Assembly (NCBI GenBank): GCA_964652765.1
Contig: CAZZBA010000003.1
Coordinates: forward strand, 1 to 46,585
Reading direction: 5' to 3'
DNA from: an uncultured Victivallales bacterium
GTDB lineage: Bacteria > Verrucomicrobiota > Kiritimatiellia > UBA8416
DNA length: 46,585 bases
Shown here: positions 33,808-42,865 of the stretch, piece by piece
Layout: each line of letters begins with the position of its first letter
Position numbering within the stretch: position 1 is the first letter of the stretch
Program-made: the position numbers and the translations under genes
Notes under the pieces: model-generated
The model's database searches: none
What the model was told of the DNA's origin: nothing
The model's input: the letters and a program-made list of their open reading frames with translations, nothing else

Positions 33808-35759
33808 TCGCACTCGTCCTGATGCCGTTTTGTGACATTGAACGGCCCTCTCTGGCGTTGGGCATGCTGAAGGCTGCCCTGACCGGAAGCGGGATCGCCA
33901 CCGATGTCGTCTACGCAAATCTCCAGTTTGCCCGGCACCTGGGGATTCCCGCAGCCAGCCTTCCCCAGCGCATCTGGGCCACTTCACTCCTCGGCGAATG
34001 GGTCTTTGCGGGCGCGGCGTTTCCTGACTTCCATCCGGCGGACGAGCGCTATCTGGATGAATGTGTCGTCCCCTTTGCGCGGATGTATGCCGACGGCGAT
34101 CCGGCGCCGCTGGTCCGTGCGCTCCGGCGTGAACTGCGCCGGCTGCGGGCCGCTGCCCCGGCATTCATCGACGAAATCGCCGGCGCCGTGTTAGCCGGGA
34201 AACCCGCCGTAGTCGGGTGTAGTTCCACATACGCCCAGCAGGTCCCGTCCCTCGCGCTGCTCCGGCGAATCCGGCAACTCGCCCCTGAGGTCGTGACGCT
34301 TATCGGAGGGGCAAACGTCGAAGGAAGCATGGGAGCCGCGGTTCTACGCGTGTTCCCCTGGGTAGACGCCGTCTGCTCGGGCGAGGGGGACGAGGCGATT
34401 GTCGCCCTGTGCCAGTCCATCATCTCCGGCGGCCGGGCAGGACTTTTGTGCCCGTTGCCGGATGGCATTCTGACCCGACCGGCGGCCACTCACGGCGCCG
34501 CATCACGCTCTACCGTGGCCGATCTGGATGCTCTCCCCATCCCGGACTACGATGACTACTTTCGCGAGCTCGGTCGTTTCACTGACTCCGAGCGACAGCT
34601 CATCCACCCGGTAGTGCCGATGGAGACCTCCCGTGGCTGCTGGTGGCGTGATGCACACGCCTGCACTTTCTGCGGACTGAACCGGGGAAGGCATGCCTAT
34701 CGGACCAAGAAACCGGAGAGGGCCGCTGCCGAATTGGAGATCCTGGCCAACCGTCACGGCATACGGGACTTCTCGATGGCTGACAATGTGATGCCGCCAG
34801 GCTACATGACTTCGCTGCTTCCTCACCTTGAGCATAGCCAGGCGTCCTGCAACCTTTTCTACGAGATCCGTCCCGGGTTCCGCCGTGAGAACATCCGGCA
34901 ACTTGCCGCGGCTGGCGTTCGCCATGTGCAGGCTGGTATCGAGTCGCTGCACGACCGGCTCCTTGAAGTCATGAACAAGGGTGTTCAATCCCTTCAGAAT
35001 ATCGCCTTGCTGAAGCACGCGCACGAGTTCGGGATTCGGGCTGGCTGGAATCTGCTCACGGGGTTGCCCGGGGATTCGGATGAGTGGTACCGGGAGATGG
35101 CCGGATGGCTGCCCTTGCTGCACCACCTCCAGCCGCCATCGAGCATCCATGGCATCTCATTGCAGCGGTTCAGTGTCTACCTCCAGGAGCCAGCGCGGTA
35201 TGGACTGACGCCAGTTCCCTACAGCAGCTATGATGTAATCTACCCCCTGCCAACGGCGGACATCCATGACCTCGCATACTACTTCCGTGACGCACAGTGG
35301 CCGGAGTTCTTCCCGGAGGTGAACCGCAATCCACCGGGCGTGTGCAGCCTGATCGCCGCCGTCGAAGCGTGGCGGCGCGAATACGGGGGGCCTCGCCCGG
35401 CAGAATTGATCATGCAGAAATTGGACGCGGACACTCTGCAGTTTACCGACACCCGGCCCTGCTCTGCGTCTCACGAGATTGTTCTCCATGGTCTGCCGGC
35501 GCAGGTGTATTGCCTGGCCGACGACCCCGTCGATCTGGCAACGGTGACCATCCGCTTGACTGAGCGGGGAATCCACGCATCTTCCGTGGCTGTGCGCGAA
35601 GCCGTGGCGTACCTCGTGGACGCGCATCTGGCTCTGCAGCGGAGCGACCGTATCCTGGCGTTGGCCACCCCTGCACCCCGCCGGGCCGTCGGCGTCCCAG
35701 TGCCGGCCACCGATGCTGCCGAAGCCGCCTTTCGCCGGTACCTGGCCGACATCGTGTGA
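33804..35759 (+). CDS. B12-binding-domain radical SAM enzyme (RiPP maturation C-methyltransferase-like)
   Basis: GTG 33804 overlaps the YcaO TGA (GTGA) and lies downstream of GGAGGGAAAAGGG. The N-terminus is (M)IALVLMPFCDIERPSLALGMLKAALTGSGI. A cobalamin-binding-like segment reads VVGCSSTYAQQVPSLALLRRIRQLAPEVVTLIGGANVEG. The cluster motif is SRGCWWRDAHACTFCGLN. From memory, this resembles the class B rSAM family annotated as RiPP maturation radical SAM C-methyltransferase. Confidence 0.82.
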   Translation: MIALVLMPFCDIERPSLALGMLKAALTGSGIATDVVYANLQFARHLGIPAASLPQRIWATSLLGEWVFAGAAFPDFHPADERYLDECVVPFARMYADGDPAPLVRALRRELRRLRAAAPAFIDEIAGAVLAGKPAVVGCSSTYAQQVPSLALLRRIRQLAPEVVTLIGGANVEGSMGAAVLRVFPWVDAVCSGEGDEAIVALCQSIISGGRAGLLCPLPDGILTRPAATHGAASRSTVADLDALPIPDYDDYFRELGRFTDSERQLIHPVVPMETSRGCWWRDAHACTFCGLNRGRHAYRTKKPERAAAELEILANRHGIRDFSMADNVMPPGYMTSLLPHLEHSQASCNLFYEIRPGFRRENIRQLAAAGVRHVQAGIESLHDRLLEVMNKGVQSLQNIALLKHAHEFGIRAGWNLLTGLPGDSDEWYREMAGWLPLLHHLQPPSSIHGISLQRFSVYLQEPARYGLTPVPYSSYDVIYPLPTADIHDLAYYFRDAQWPEFFPEVNRNPPGVCSLIAAVEAWRREYGGPRPAELIMQKLDADTLQFTDTRPCSASHEIVLHGLPAQVYCLADDPVDLATVTIRLTERGIHASSVAVREAVAYLVDAHLALQRSDRILALATPAPRRAVGVPVPATDAAEAAFRRYLADIV

Positions 35760-35784
35760 CAAGGAAGCGCTCTTCCAAAGAGAA

Positions 35785-38637
35785 TCAGGGACTACCGGGG
35801 GTGGTGAAGTAGCGGCGGATGGCGTCGCGGTAGGAGGCGGGGATGCGTTCGAGGGGCATGGCTTGGCCGTCGGGTGTGGCTTGCGGCTGGCTGTCGAGGG
35901 TGGCGCGGCCGGTGATGCGCTGGGGCGGTCCGGCAATGCCGCCGCTGCCTTGTTCGCCCGTCACACCGCTGGAGGTGGTGAAACGGGTCCGGGCAGGTCC
36001 GCGCACCGGGATGTTCAGCGGGCTGTTGCCCGACATCCAGAATCCGCTGTCCGCGTCGCCGCCGAGACCGGCCCCGCGCGAGCCGGTTTCCTGGCCTGGC
36101 GTGGGCCCCTCGCCGCCCTGTCCGCCCAGCAGGCGCTGGATCATGGCCGCCAGCATCTGTTCGAGGGTTTCCTGAAGGTCGCCTTCGCCAAGCTTCGGAA
36201 GACCGCCGCCCTGGCAGAGGTCACCGAATCCATCATCTCCGGCGCAGTTGCCTGACGCCTGTTGCATCCGTTCCAGCGCGAGCCGGGCCTGGTGATGCGA
36301 CTGCCGCCCGTCCGTGTTGTCGGCGGCCTGCTGCGCGGCCTGCATGGGTGTAAGCGGATCGGCCTCCTGCAGGGCCGCCGCCATAGCGCGGGCGGATTCG
36401 GCGAATGCCGCCGCCGAGGCGGGCAGGCGGGCGGCGTCGCGCTCGATCGCCTCCAGGGTCTCGAGCAGGTCCTGCCGGATCGCGTCCTGGCGGGCACCGA
36501 GCGAGCGCAGGCGGGCGGTGTCCGCCCCGACGGGCTCGTGCTCGTAGCGGGCCAGGCTGCGGACGAGGGTTTCCTGCCGCTGCACAAGCTGGCGGAAGCG
36601 CACGGCCGATTCCATCAGGGCGGCAATCTCGGCGACCTGCTCCGCCTGCTCTCGGCGGGCGGCGGCCTGCTGCACGGCGGGTGTCAACCGGTCATACCAG
36701 TGCTGCGCCATGGCGTCCAGGCGCGGGTTGGCAGGTGTGGTGGCAGCCAGTTCGCGGCGCGCGTGCTCAACCGTGTCCGCGATTCCGCGGATCTCCTCGG
36801 CAAGCCCCTGTTCCATCTTGAACACGGCGAAATCATCTGCCAGCCGGTTAAACTGCTCGGCCGCCTCGCTGGCGCTGGCGATGGCTGCCTCGAGTTTCTT
36901 GGCGCGCTCGTCCGGTTCGGCACCGGCCAGTTCGGCGAGGGTCTCGCGCAGGGTCTTCAAGGTTTGCTCGACGGTCTGGTAGCGCTGCATGAATTCGCGC
37001 AGCGAGATCTGCGTACGCAGCATGTTGGCATACTCGGCCTCGGAGATGATCTGGACGCGGGCGATGTCCGAGACCGAGAGCCCCGCCATGCCGGGGTGTG
37101 TATCGAGCGCCTCGGCGTAGAACTCGAGCACATCGCCGGGTGCGACCCCGAGTCTGGCAAGGTCGAGTTCATGCGTGATGCTCGCCTGCCGGGCGGCTGA
37201 CGGTGCCGGGAGCGGCTGGATGCGGTCGCGGTAGCCGACGAGGGCCTGGACCAGGTCGATGCGTTGCAGGCCGAAATCATCGCTGGCTTCGCCCCGGATG
37301 GCCAGTGTGGCCCCCGGCGTAGCGAGGGAGAATGGTACTGGTTCGTTCAGGCTGACGGCGGGCGGCGCGTCCGGCAGGCGCTGCTGAACGAGGTTGAAAG
37401 GGGCGGCGGCAGCGGTGCCCTGGACGTCGCGCAGCGTGACGGCGATTTCCGCCGACTGTTCAATCGTCCACTCGAATCCCAGCGCATTGGGATCATCCCG
37501 GCGGATGCTGCCGGTATGCTGCGCATCGTGGCTGCTTTGGCTGCCTTGGCCGTCCTGGCGTGGCTGGATCGTGGCCTGCCCATCAAGCAGCGGGCGATTG
37601 CTGGTGAGGATGAGCTGCACGCGCGTGCCGCGCAGGCCCTGCAATGGACGGCTGCCCGCCTCGAATTGCTGCGGCGCGAGGTGGGTATAGGCAGGCGGTG
37701 TCACGGTGAGTGTGGCATTGGCGATCCGCGGCTGGATCAGCAGGTCCACCCTTTGCCAGTGGCTGCGCGCCTTGCCGGTTGCAAATGCGAATTCCACCGG
37801 CGCGACGAGGTGTTCCAGGCGCTGGGCGAAACGCTTTTCGGATTCCTGGAAGCTGGCGGTGCGGTGGATGCGGCCGTTGGCGCGTGTCAGCAGCCAGACC
37901 GGATCGCGCAACGTGGCCCCCTCGATGGTGACGGTCAGTTCGATGTTGCCCCCATAGACGGCCTGCGCCGCCGCCGGGCTGATCTGGAAGATGAACCGGC
38001 TATAGGGCGGGGTATCGCTGCCCGGCAGGGCGATGCGTGTAAGGATGGTGCGGGCCGCTTGCGGGTTCAGCACCACCAGCGCCAGGGCGACGACCCACTG
38101 TAGGCCGAAAAGGCGAGTTTGGCGTTTCAAGTCGGGTAGGGGCAGGCTGCGGACGACGGGCAGGGGAGAGAGCCGCAGCATCGCTGCCGACACGCTGCGG
38201 GCAACCAGGTAGGCGCCTAGTTCCTGCCGGGCCTGCGTGGACTGCTGGAGTTCGTAGGCGCTCAGGACGGACTGACGCCGATCCTGTAGCAGGCGGTCCA
38301 GACGGCGGGCGGTGGCGTCCAGCCCAAGGCGGGCGATCCGCCGTAGCCCAAAGGCGAAGACCAGGAACAGCGCGATGATGCCGCCGATGTTGATGCCGCG
38401 TTGAACCGGGGACGCCATCGGCAGGAAACGGTCGAACAGCGCGATCAACACCAGGCCGGTCAGGGCGAGCCCAAGCATATGCAGCAGTCGTTGCAGCACG
38501 AGCCCGCCCCGCCACATCCGGTGATGCCGGACGAGCAGCGCGAGGAAGCGCGCGGTTTCCGCATCCGGTTTATGATGTTCGCTGTGGTGACGCACGGTTG
38601 CTCCTATGCCAGCCCGCCGCGACGGCGGACAATCCAT
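35785..38637 (-). CDS. Large membrane protein of the MoxR/BatA operon (DUF4175-like), coiled-coil-rich C-terminal half
   Basis: 950-codon ORF with N-terminal TM helices (GLALTGLVLIALFDRFL, GGIIALFLVFAF). It is the last gene of the minus-strand operon. The start is uncertain, because M1 overlaps the upstream gene by 34 nt and ATG 38517 is an alternative. Confidence 0.65.
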   Translation of the reverse strand: MDCPPSRRAGIGATVRHHSEHHKPDAETARFLALLVRHHRMWRGGLVLQRLLHMLGLALTGLVLIALFDRFLPMASPVQRGINIGGIIALFLVFAFGLRRIARLGLDATARRLDRLLQDRRQSVLSAYELQQSTQARQELGAYLVARSVSAAMLRLSPLPVVRSLPLPDLKRQTRLFGLQWVVALALVVLNPQAARTILTRIALPGSDTPPYSRFIFQISPAAAQAVYGGNIELTVTIEGATLRDPVWLLTRANGRIHRTASFQESEKRFAQRLEHLVAPVEFAFATGKARSHWQRVDLLIQPRIANATLTVTPPAYTHLAPQQFEAGSRPLQGLRGTRVQLILTSNRPLLDGQATIQPRQDGQGSQSSHDAQHTGSIRRDDPNALGFEWTIEQSAEIAVTLRDVQGTAAAAPFNLVQQRLPDAPPAVSLNEPVPFSLATPGATLAIRGEASDDFGLQRIDLVQALVGYRDRIQPLPAPSAARQASITHELDLARLGVAPGDVLEFYAEALDTHPGMAGLSVSDIARVQIISEAEYANMLRTQISLREFMQRYQTVEQTLKTLRETLAELAGAEPDERAKKLEAAIASASEAAEQFNRLADDFAVFKMEQGLAEEIRGIADTVEHARRELAATTPANPRLDAMAQHWYDRLTPAVQQAAARREQAEQVAEIAALMESAVRFRQLVQRQETLVRSLARYEHEPVGADTARLRSLGARQDAIRQDLLETLEAIERDAARLPASAAAFAESARAMAAALQEADPLTPMQAAQQAADNTDGRQSHHQARLALERMQQASGNCAGDDGFGDLCQGGGLPKLGEGDLQETLEQMLAAMIQRLLGGQGGEGPTPGQETGSRGAGLGGDADSGFWMSGNSPLNIPVRGPARTRFTTSSGVTGEQGSGGIAGPPQRITGRATLDSQPQATPDGQAMPLERIPASYRDAIRRYFTTPGSP

Positions 38638-40823
38638 TCGATACTGATGACGAGGGCGATCAAGGCCAGGATGATCGCCCGGTTCCAGAGCGGTTGCCAG
38701 ACGGCCTGTTCCAGGGGCACTAGGCGGTTCTCGGGCTGGATGGCGGCGACGGCGGCAGGCAGGGATTCCTCTTTTGTCACGGTACCGCCGGAATGGGTCG
38801 CCAGCAGGCGCATGAATTCCGGGTCGGCATCGAGGTTATCCCCTTCGGCGGGAGGCGCGAGCACGCGCAAGGCCACTGGATGGGCGATGCGGTTGCCGAT
38901 CGCCGGATCAACCGCTTCGACATGGTAGTCGCCCGGCTGCACTAGCGAGAAGACCGCGTCGCGGCGACCGGACGCGCCGCCGCCGGCCATGATCTCGAGC
39001 ACGGGGAGTTCGTCGCTGCCGACGACGCGCAGCAGCAGGTCCCCGGCGGCTCCGGCATCGTAACGGGTATGGATCACGGTTCGCACCGGCTCGCCTGGCA
39101 GCACGGCCGGCGGGCTCAGGCGCAGGGCTCCGGATTCGCCGGGCAGGAACTCCGCGTAGGTGATGATCCACTGCAGGAGCTGCGACCAGATGGCGGAGTA
39201 CATCGCGTGCGATTCGCTTTCGTCCGGGAAGAAGTCCCACTTCCAGAAGTCGCCCGCATTGACCGTGACGACGACCCCCTGGCCCAGGCGGCGGGCCAGG
39301 ATCAGCGGTGTGGCACCGGCGGTTTCGGCAGCGGTTTCCGCCAGGACCTGAGTAAAGGGCGAGAGGGCGGCGGCCCGGTGCATGTCGCGCAGCGGTGGCA
39401 GTTGCTGCCAGCGGGGATCGTCCTTGCCGGGCAGGGCGTCACCGAAAAGACCGGATTCCTCCCCGGCAGTGGTCGGGCGCAGGCGGCCTTCCGTCCCGGT
39501 ACGCTCACCCCAGGCGAGCGGTTCCATGGCCGCGAGTTCCGGGAACTCGCGCGTGTACGGCTTGCCGCGCGCGAAGAGTATCCCGCCGCCCTGTTCGCTC
39601 ACGAAGCGCCGCAGCAGCGCGATGCGTGCCGGCGTCAGGAAGTACTCGGCCCCCTTACCGAACACGATCAGGTCGTAGCCCAGCAGCGCATCGGCATCGT
39701 CGGGGAAATCGCTGCTGTCGCCGTCCTCGGCCTGGAGATGGCCCGGCTGCACCCGGAAGAACCGGTCGGCAGTCAGGCGATAGAGCGAGGTGACCTCGAC
39801 GTTCGGCTGCCGGTGAAGGAGCTGGAGCAGGAATTTCGAATCCCAGTGCGGCAGTCCCTCGACGGAAAGGATGCGGATGGGCTGGTCGAGGACCAGCAGC
39901 GCCATGCGGTCGGCGTTGTTCTGGATATCCTGTTCGCCCGTTTGCGCAGGCACGCTGAGGGTGTACGGGGCATAGCCCTTGACGGCGGGTGAGACCGCGA
40001 ACGTGACCGTGGCCGTGGCGGTATTGCCGGCAAGCTCGACCGACTGGCTGGCCAGGCGGTTGCCTTCGCGGTCGAGCAGCGTGACGTCCGTCCGCAGCGC
40101 GGTCAGGCCCGTGGCGGTCACATCGGCGGTCAGGCGGCTTTCCTGGCCGGTGAAGGCGACGGCGCGGCTGCGCCGGAAGCGGACGGCCAGGTCGCGGCGG
40201 GGCAGCTGGCCGCCGAGGGTCACGGTGTGGATCGGCACCTGGCGGGCACGCGCCAGGGCGGCTACGTCGACCGGATCCGCCGGGGGAACCTGGCGCCCGT
40301 CCGAAAGCAGCAGGATGCCGGTCAGCGTACGCCCTTCCGCGTGATAGCGCTCAAGCAGGCGCCTGCAGGCGTCGGTGATCCGCGTGGCCGGTCCGTTGGG
40401 CTGTACCGTGTCGATAGCGTCGGGCGAGACGCGGTTGAGGGTATCGGCCATAGTAAAGACGGCCGCGGTCTCCTTCGCGCCGGGGACGTCCAGTGCCAGG
40501 CGGGCCAGTCGCCGGGCCTCGGTCCAGCGCGCCTGTCCATCGCCCGCGTCAGGTGTCGCCATGCTGGCACTGTGGTCGAGCAGCAGCGCCCATTCCCCCT
40601 GTATCGTCTCCAGATGCCGGCGCCAGGTGCCGGGATTGAGGGCGAGCAGCATCAGGCAGCCGACACCCAGCAGGCGCGCCGCCGTGATCACGATCCGCCT
40701 GCGCAGGGTACACAGGCGGCTGGAGCGCCAGGCGAGGATAGCCGAAAAAGGCAGTATACCTGCCGCCAGCAGCACGATCCACGCCAGGGGGATGATCGGG
40801 TTTATTTCCATTCCACCCCCCAT
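38604..40823 (-). CDS. Membrane protein with vWA-like region (BatB/aerotolerance-operon-like), C-terminal TM anchor
   Basis: N-terminal helices (PIIPLAWIVLLAAGILPFSAILAW, ARLLGVGCLMLLALNP) are followed by WALLLDHSASMATPD, a MIDAS-like DxSxS. A C-terminal helix reads AIILALIALVISIEWIV. The alternative start ATG 40811 would reduce the overlap with the upstream stop at 40802. Confidence 0.65.
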   Translation of the reverse strand: MGGGMEINPIIPLAWIVLLAAGILPFSAILAWRSSRLCTLRRRIVITAARLLGVGCLMLLALNPGTWRRHLETIQGEWALLLDHSASMATPDAGDGQARWTEARRLARLALDVPGAKETAAVFTMADTLNRVSPDAIDTVQPNGPATRITDACRRLLERYHAEGRTLTGILLLSDGRQVPPADPVDVAALARARQVPIHTVTLGGQLPRRDLAVRFRRSRAVAFTGQESRLTADVTATGLTALRTDVTLLDREGNRLASQSVELAGNTATATVTFAVSPAVKGYAPYTLSVPAQTGEQDIQNNADRMALLVLDQPIRILSVEGLPHWDSKFLLQLLHRQPNVEVTSLYRLTADRFFRVQPGHLQAEDGDSSDFPDDADALLGYDLIVFGKGAEYFLTPARIALLRRFVSEQGGGILFARGKPYTREFPELAAMEPLAWGERTGTEGRLRPTTAGEESGLFGDALPGKDDPRWQQLPPLRDMHRAAALSPFTQVLAETAAETAGATPLILARRLGQGVVVTVNAGDFWKWDFFPDESESHAMYSAIWSQLLQWIITYAEFLPGESGALRLSPPAVLPGEPVRTVIHTRYDAGAAGDLLLRVVGSDELPVLEIMAGGGASGRRDAVFSLVQPGDYHVEAVDPAIGNRIAHPVALRVLAPPAEGDNLDADPEFMRLLATHSGGTVTKEESLPAAVAAIQPENRLVPLEQAVWQPLWNRAIILALIALVISIEWIVRRRGGLA

Positions 40824-42865
40824 GCTGCAAGACCTTCCAGCAGCGCCAGGGCGAGACAGGCCGCCAGTAGCAGCGGCCAGAGCGGACGTCCCTCGTGCAG
40901 ATCGCGGAGGGCTGCCCCGCCTGCGATGACCGTGTCGCGCGCGTCCTGCTGCTGCTTCGGATCGCTTGTGCGCAGGTCCGACTCCACGGCTGGCACGTTG
41001 ACTGCATGCATGGCGACGGTGTCCGTGCCGTTGCGCCAGGTGTAGAGGCCGGGTTGTTCAACCGTGTCGCTGGCAAAACGGATGACGCCTTCCCGGAACT
41101 GCTCGCTGACGCCGACCGCTAAACCGCTTTCATGCGTGAGTTCCAGTCCGCCTGTAGTCAGTGGCCGGGCGGATTCGAAATGCAGCATATCGCCGGGATA
41201 GCCCGGCACCGGCAGGCCGTCCTGCCGATCGCGGCGGTGCAGCCGGAGTAGCTCGCCCATGAACATGACGAACTCCGCGTGCCGGGGCCATTCCGCATCT
41301 TCCGCGGCCAGCGGCATCAACCAGAGGTAAAGCGGCAGTCCCGGGCTACGCGTCAGCGCGGGCAGTCCGTCCGCGAAGGCCAGCAGGGTCAGCGCGGGCG
41401 GCACGTCATCCGGGGGCAGGCGGAGCCGGCGGCTGAAACCGCCCCGGACGGGGGTATCGATCCCCTCGGACCGGAAGAGTTCAAACAGGCGTTCATCCGG
41501 CGCGGAGACCTTGACTCGCTGCGGTACCGCCAGCACTTCCTCGGTGACGCCGCCTGAAGGCGGAACTACAAGCGCCTTGGAGGCAGGGAGAGATGTGTTT
41601 GTAGTACCGGCTTTAGCCGGAATCGCGGTCACGATTTCGCGCAGGCGACCGGTCGCGAGGCCCGGTTGCGGCAAGACCACGACCGGGGTACCGACCTGCA
41701 GGGTTGCCATGACGGCTTCGGGGTCACTCCCGTTCCAGCCGGCGACCAGCATCAGGTCCGTGCGTGCGTCCGGGTTGGCAAGTGCGTCCGGTGGGGTGGC
41801 CTGCGCCCAGCCCAGGGCGTTGATCGCCCGAGTCCAGGCCTCTGCCGTGGATTTGGCCTCGCCATCGATGACGACGCGGGCGTGCGCATCCACCATGACC
41901 ACGGCCACCCGCCGGTTGTCGACGGGAAACGCGTCTTCCTCGGTCGTAGCTACCAGGGCGACGCTGCCCGGCGAGGCAAACTGGCAGGGGATCGAGGCGA
42001 TGGCCGTGCCCCAGGCCGGTACGAGCAGGTCGGCCGAGCGGCGGATATCACCAGCCTCGAGGAATACCGTGCGCCGGCGGGGCTGAGGCGAGAAGTTCGC
42101 CAGCTCACAGATGACCACGGACTGCTCGCCGACGATCGGGCGCGGCGGTTCGACCGCGATCCGCGTCACGGCCGTATTCTCCGCCTCGCTGTGGGCCACC
42201 GGGATGCGCAGCAGGCGCACATCCGTCGGGACTTCCGGGGCGAATTTTTCCCAAGCCGTGGACTGGAAGTCGGACACCAGGCAGATCTCGCGGCGTCCTT
42301 CCGCCCCCGTGATCTGGGCCAGCGCCAGCGTGAACGCGGCGGCGGGATCGCCGCTGCCGGCGGACACACGGGCTTTGCGCAGGGCTTCGCGCAGGTACGC
42401 CGTATCCCCGGTTGGCTCCGGAAGGACGGCGGCTGGCGGCTGACGCAGCCAGATGATGTTGGCCCGGTCGCGGGCCGTGAGCCCGGCTAGCGCGGCGTCG
42501 GCCTCCGCGCAGGCGGCGGCAAAGCGCGACTGAGCGCCGTCGGCATAGGCCATCGAGGCGGTGGCATCGACGATGACGACCACATGCCGCGCCTCGAACC
42601 GGCTGGCCGGATTGCGGATGGCGAAACGGACCGGCTGCAGGAATACCGCCACGAGCGCCAGGATCAACAGCGTGCGCAGCAAGAGCAGCAGCCAACTCCG
42701 GGGCCGGCGCAGGCGGGCGGTCTCGCGCTGCAGCCGCGCGATGAAGGCGTTCGAGCTGAAGCGGTAGACCGGCGGGCGGGCGCGGGCGAACAGGTGCACC
42801 AGCAGAGGCACACCGGCCAGCAGCAGGAAGGGAAGCAGCGCAGGATTGGCTAGTATGATATTCAT
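40802..42865 (-). CDS. BatA-type N-terminal double-TM domain / vWA-domain protein
   Basis: MNIILANPALLPFLLLAGVPLLVHLFARARPPVYRFSSNAFI is the classic BatA N-terminal domain. VVVIVDATASMAY is a vWA MIDAS-like motif. The start overlaps the DUF58 stop (ATGA). Confidence 0.78.
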   Translation of the reverse strand: MNIILANPALLPFLLLAGVPLLVHLFARARPPVYRFSSNAFIARLQRETARLRRPRSWLLLLLRTLLILALVAVFLQPVRFAIRNPASRFEARHVVVIVDATASMAYADGAQSRFAAACAEADAALAGLTARDRANIIWLRQPPAAVLPEPTGDTAYLREALRKARVSAGSGDPAAAFTLALAQITGAEGRREICLVSDFQSTAWEKFAPEVPTDVRLLRIPVAHSEAENTAVTRIAVEPPRPIVGEQSVVICELANFSPQPRRRTVFLEAGDIRRSADLLVPAWGTAIASIPCQFASPGSVALVATTEEDAFPVDNRRVAVVMVDAHARVVIDGEAKSTAEAWTRAINALGWAQATPPDALANPDARTDLMLVAGWNGSDPEAVMATLQVGTPVVVLPQPGLATGRLREIVTAIPAKAGTTNTSLPASKALVVPPSGGVTEEVLAVPQRVKVSAPDERLFELFRSEGIDTPVRGGFSRRLRLPPDDVPPALTLLAFADGLPALTRSPGLPLYLWLMPLAAEDAEWPRHAEFVMFMGELLRLHRRDRQDGLPVPGYPGDMLHFESARPLTTGGLELTHESGLAVGVSEQFREGVIRFASDTVEQPGLYTWRNGTDTVAMHAVNVPAVESDLRTSDPKQQQDARDTVIAGGAALRDLHEGRPLWPLLLAACLALALLEGLAAWGVEWK

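Noticed and set aside
35763-35776. GGAAG-CGCT-CTTCC mini-hairpin in the 25-nt gap between the convergent operon ends, as a bidirectional terminator.
   Set aside because: The stem is only 5 bp and there is no flanking T or A tract, which is too weak to call.
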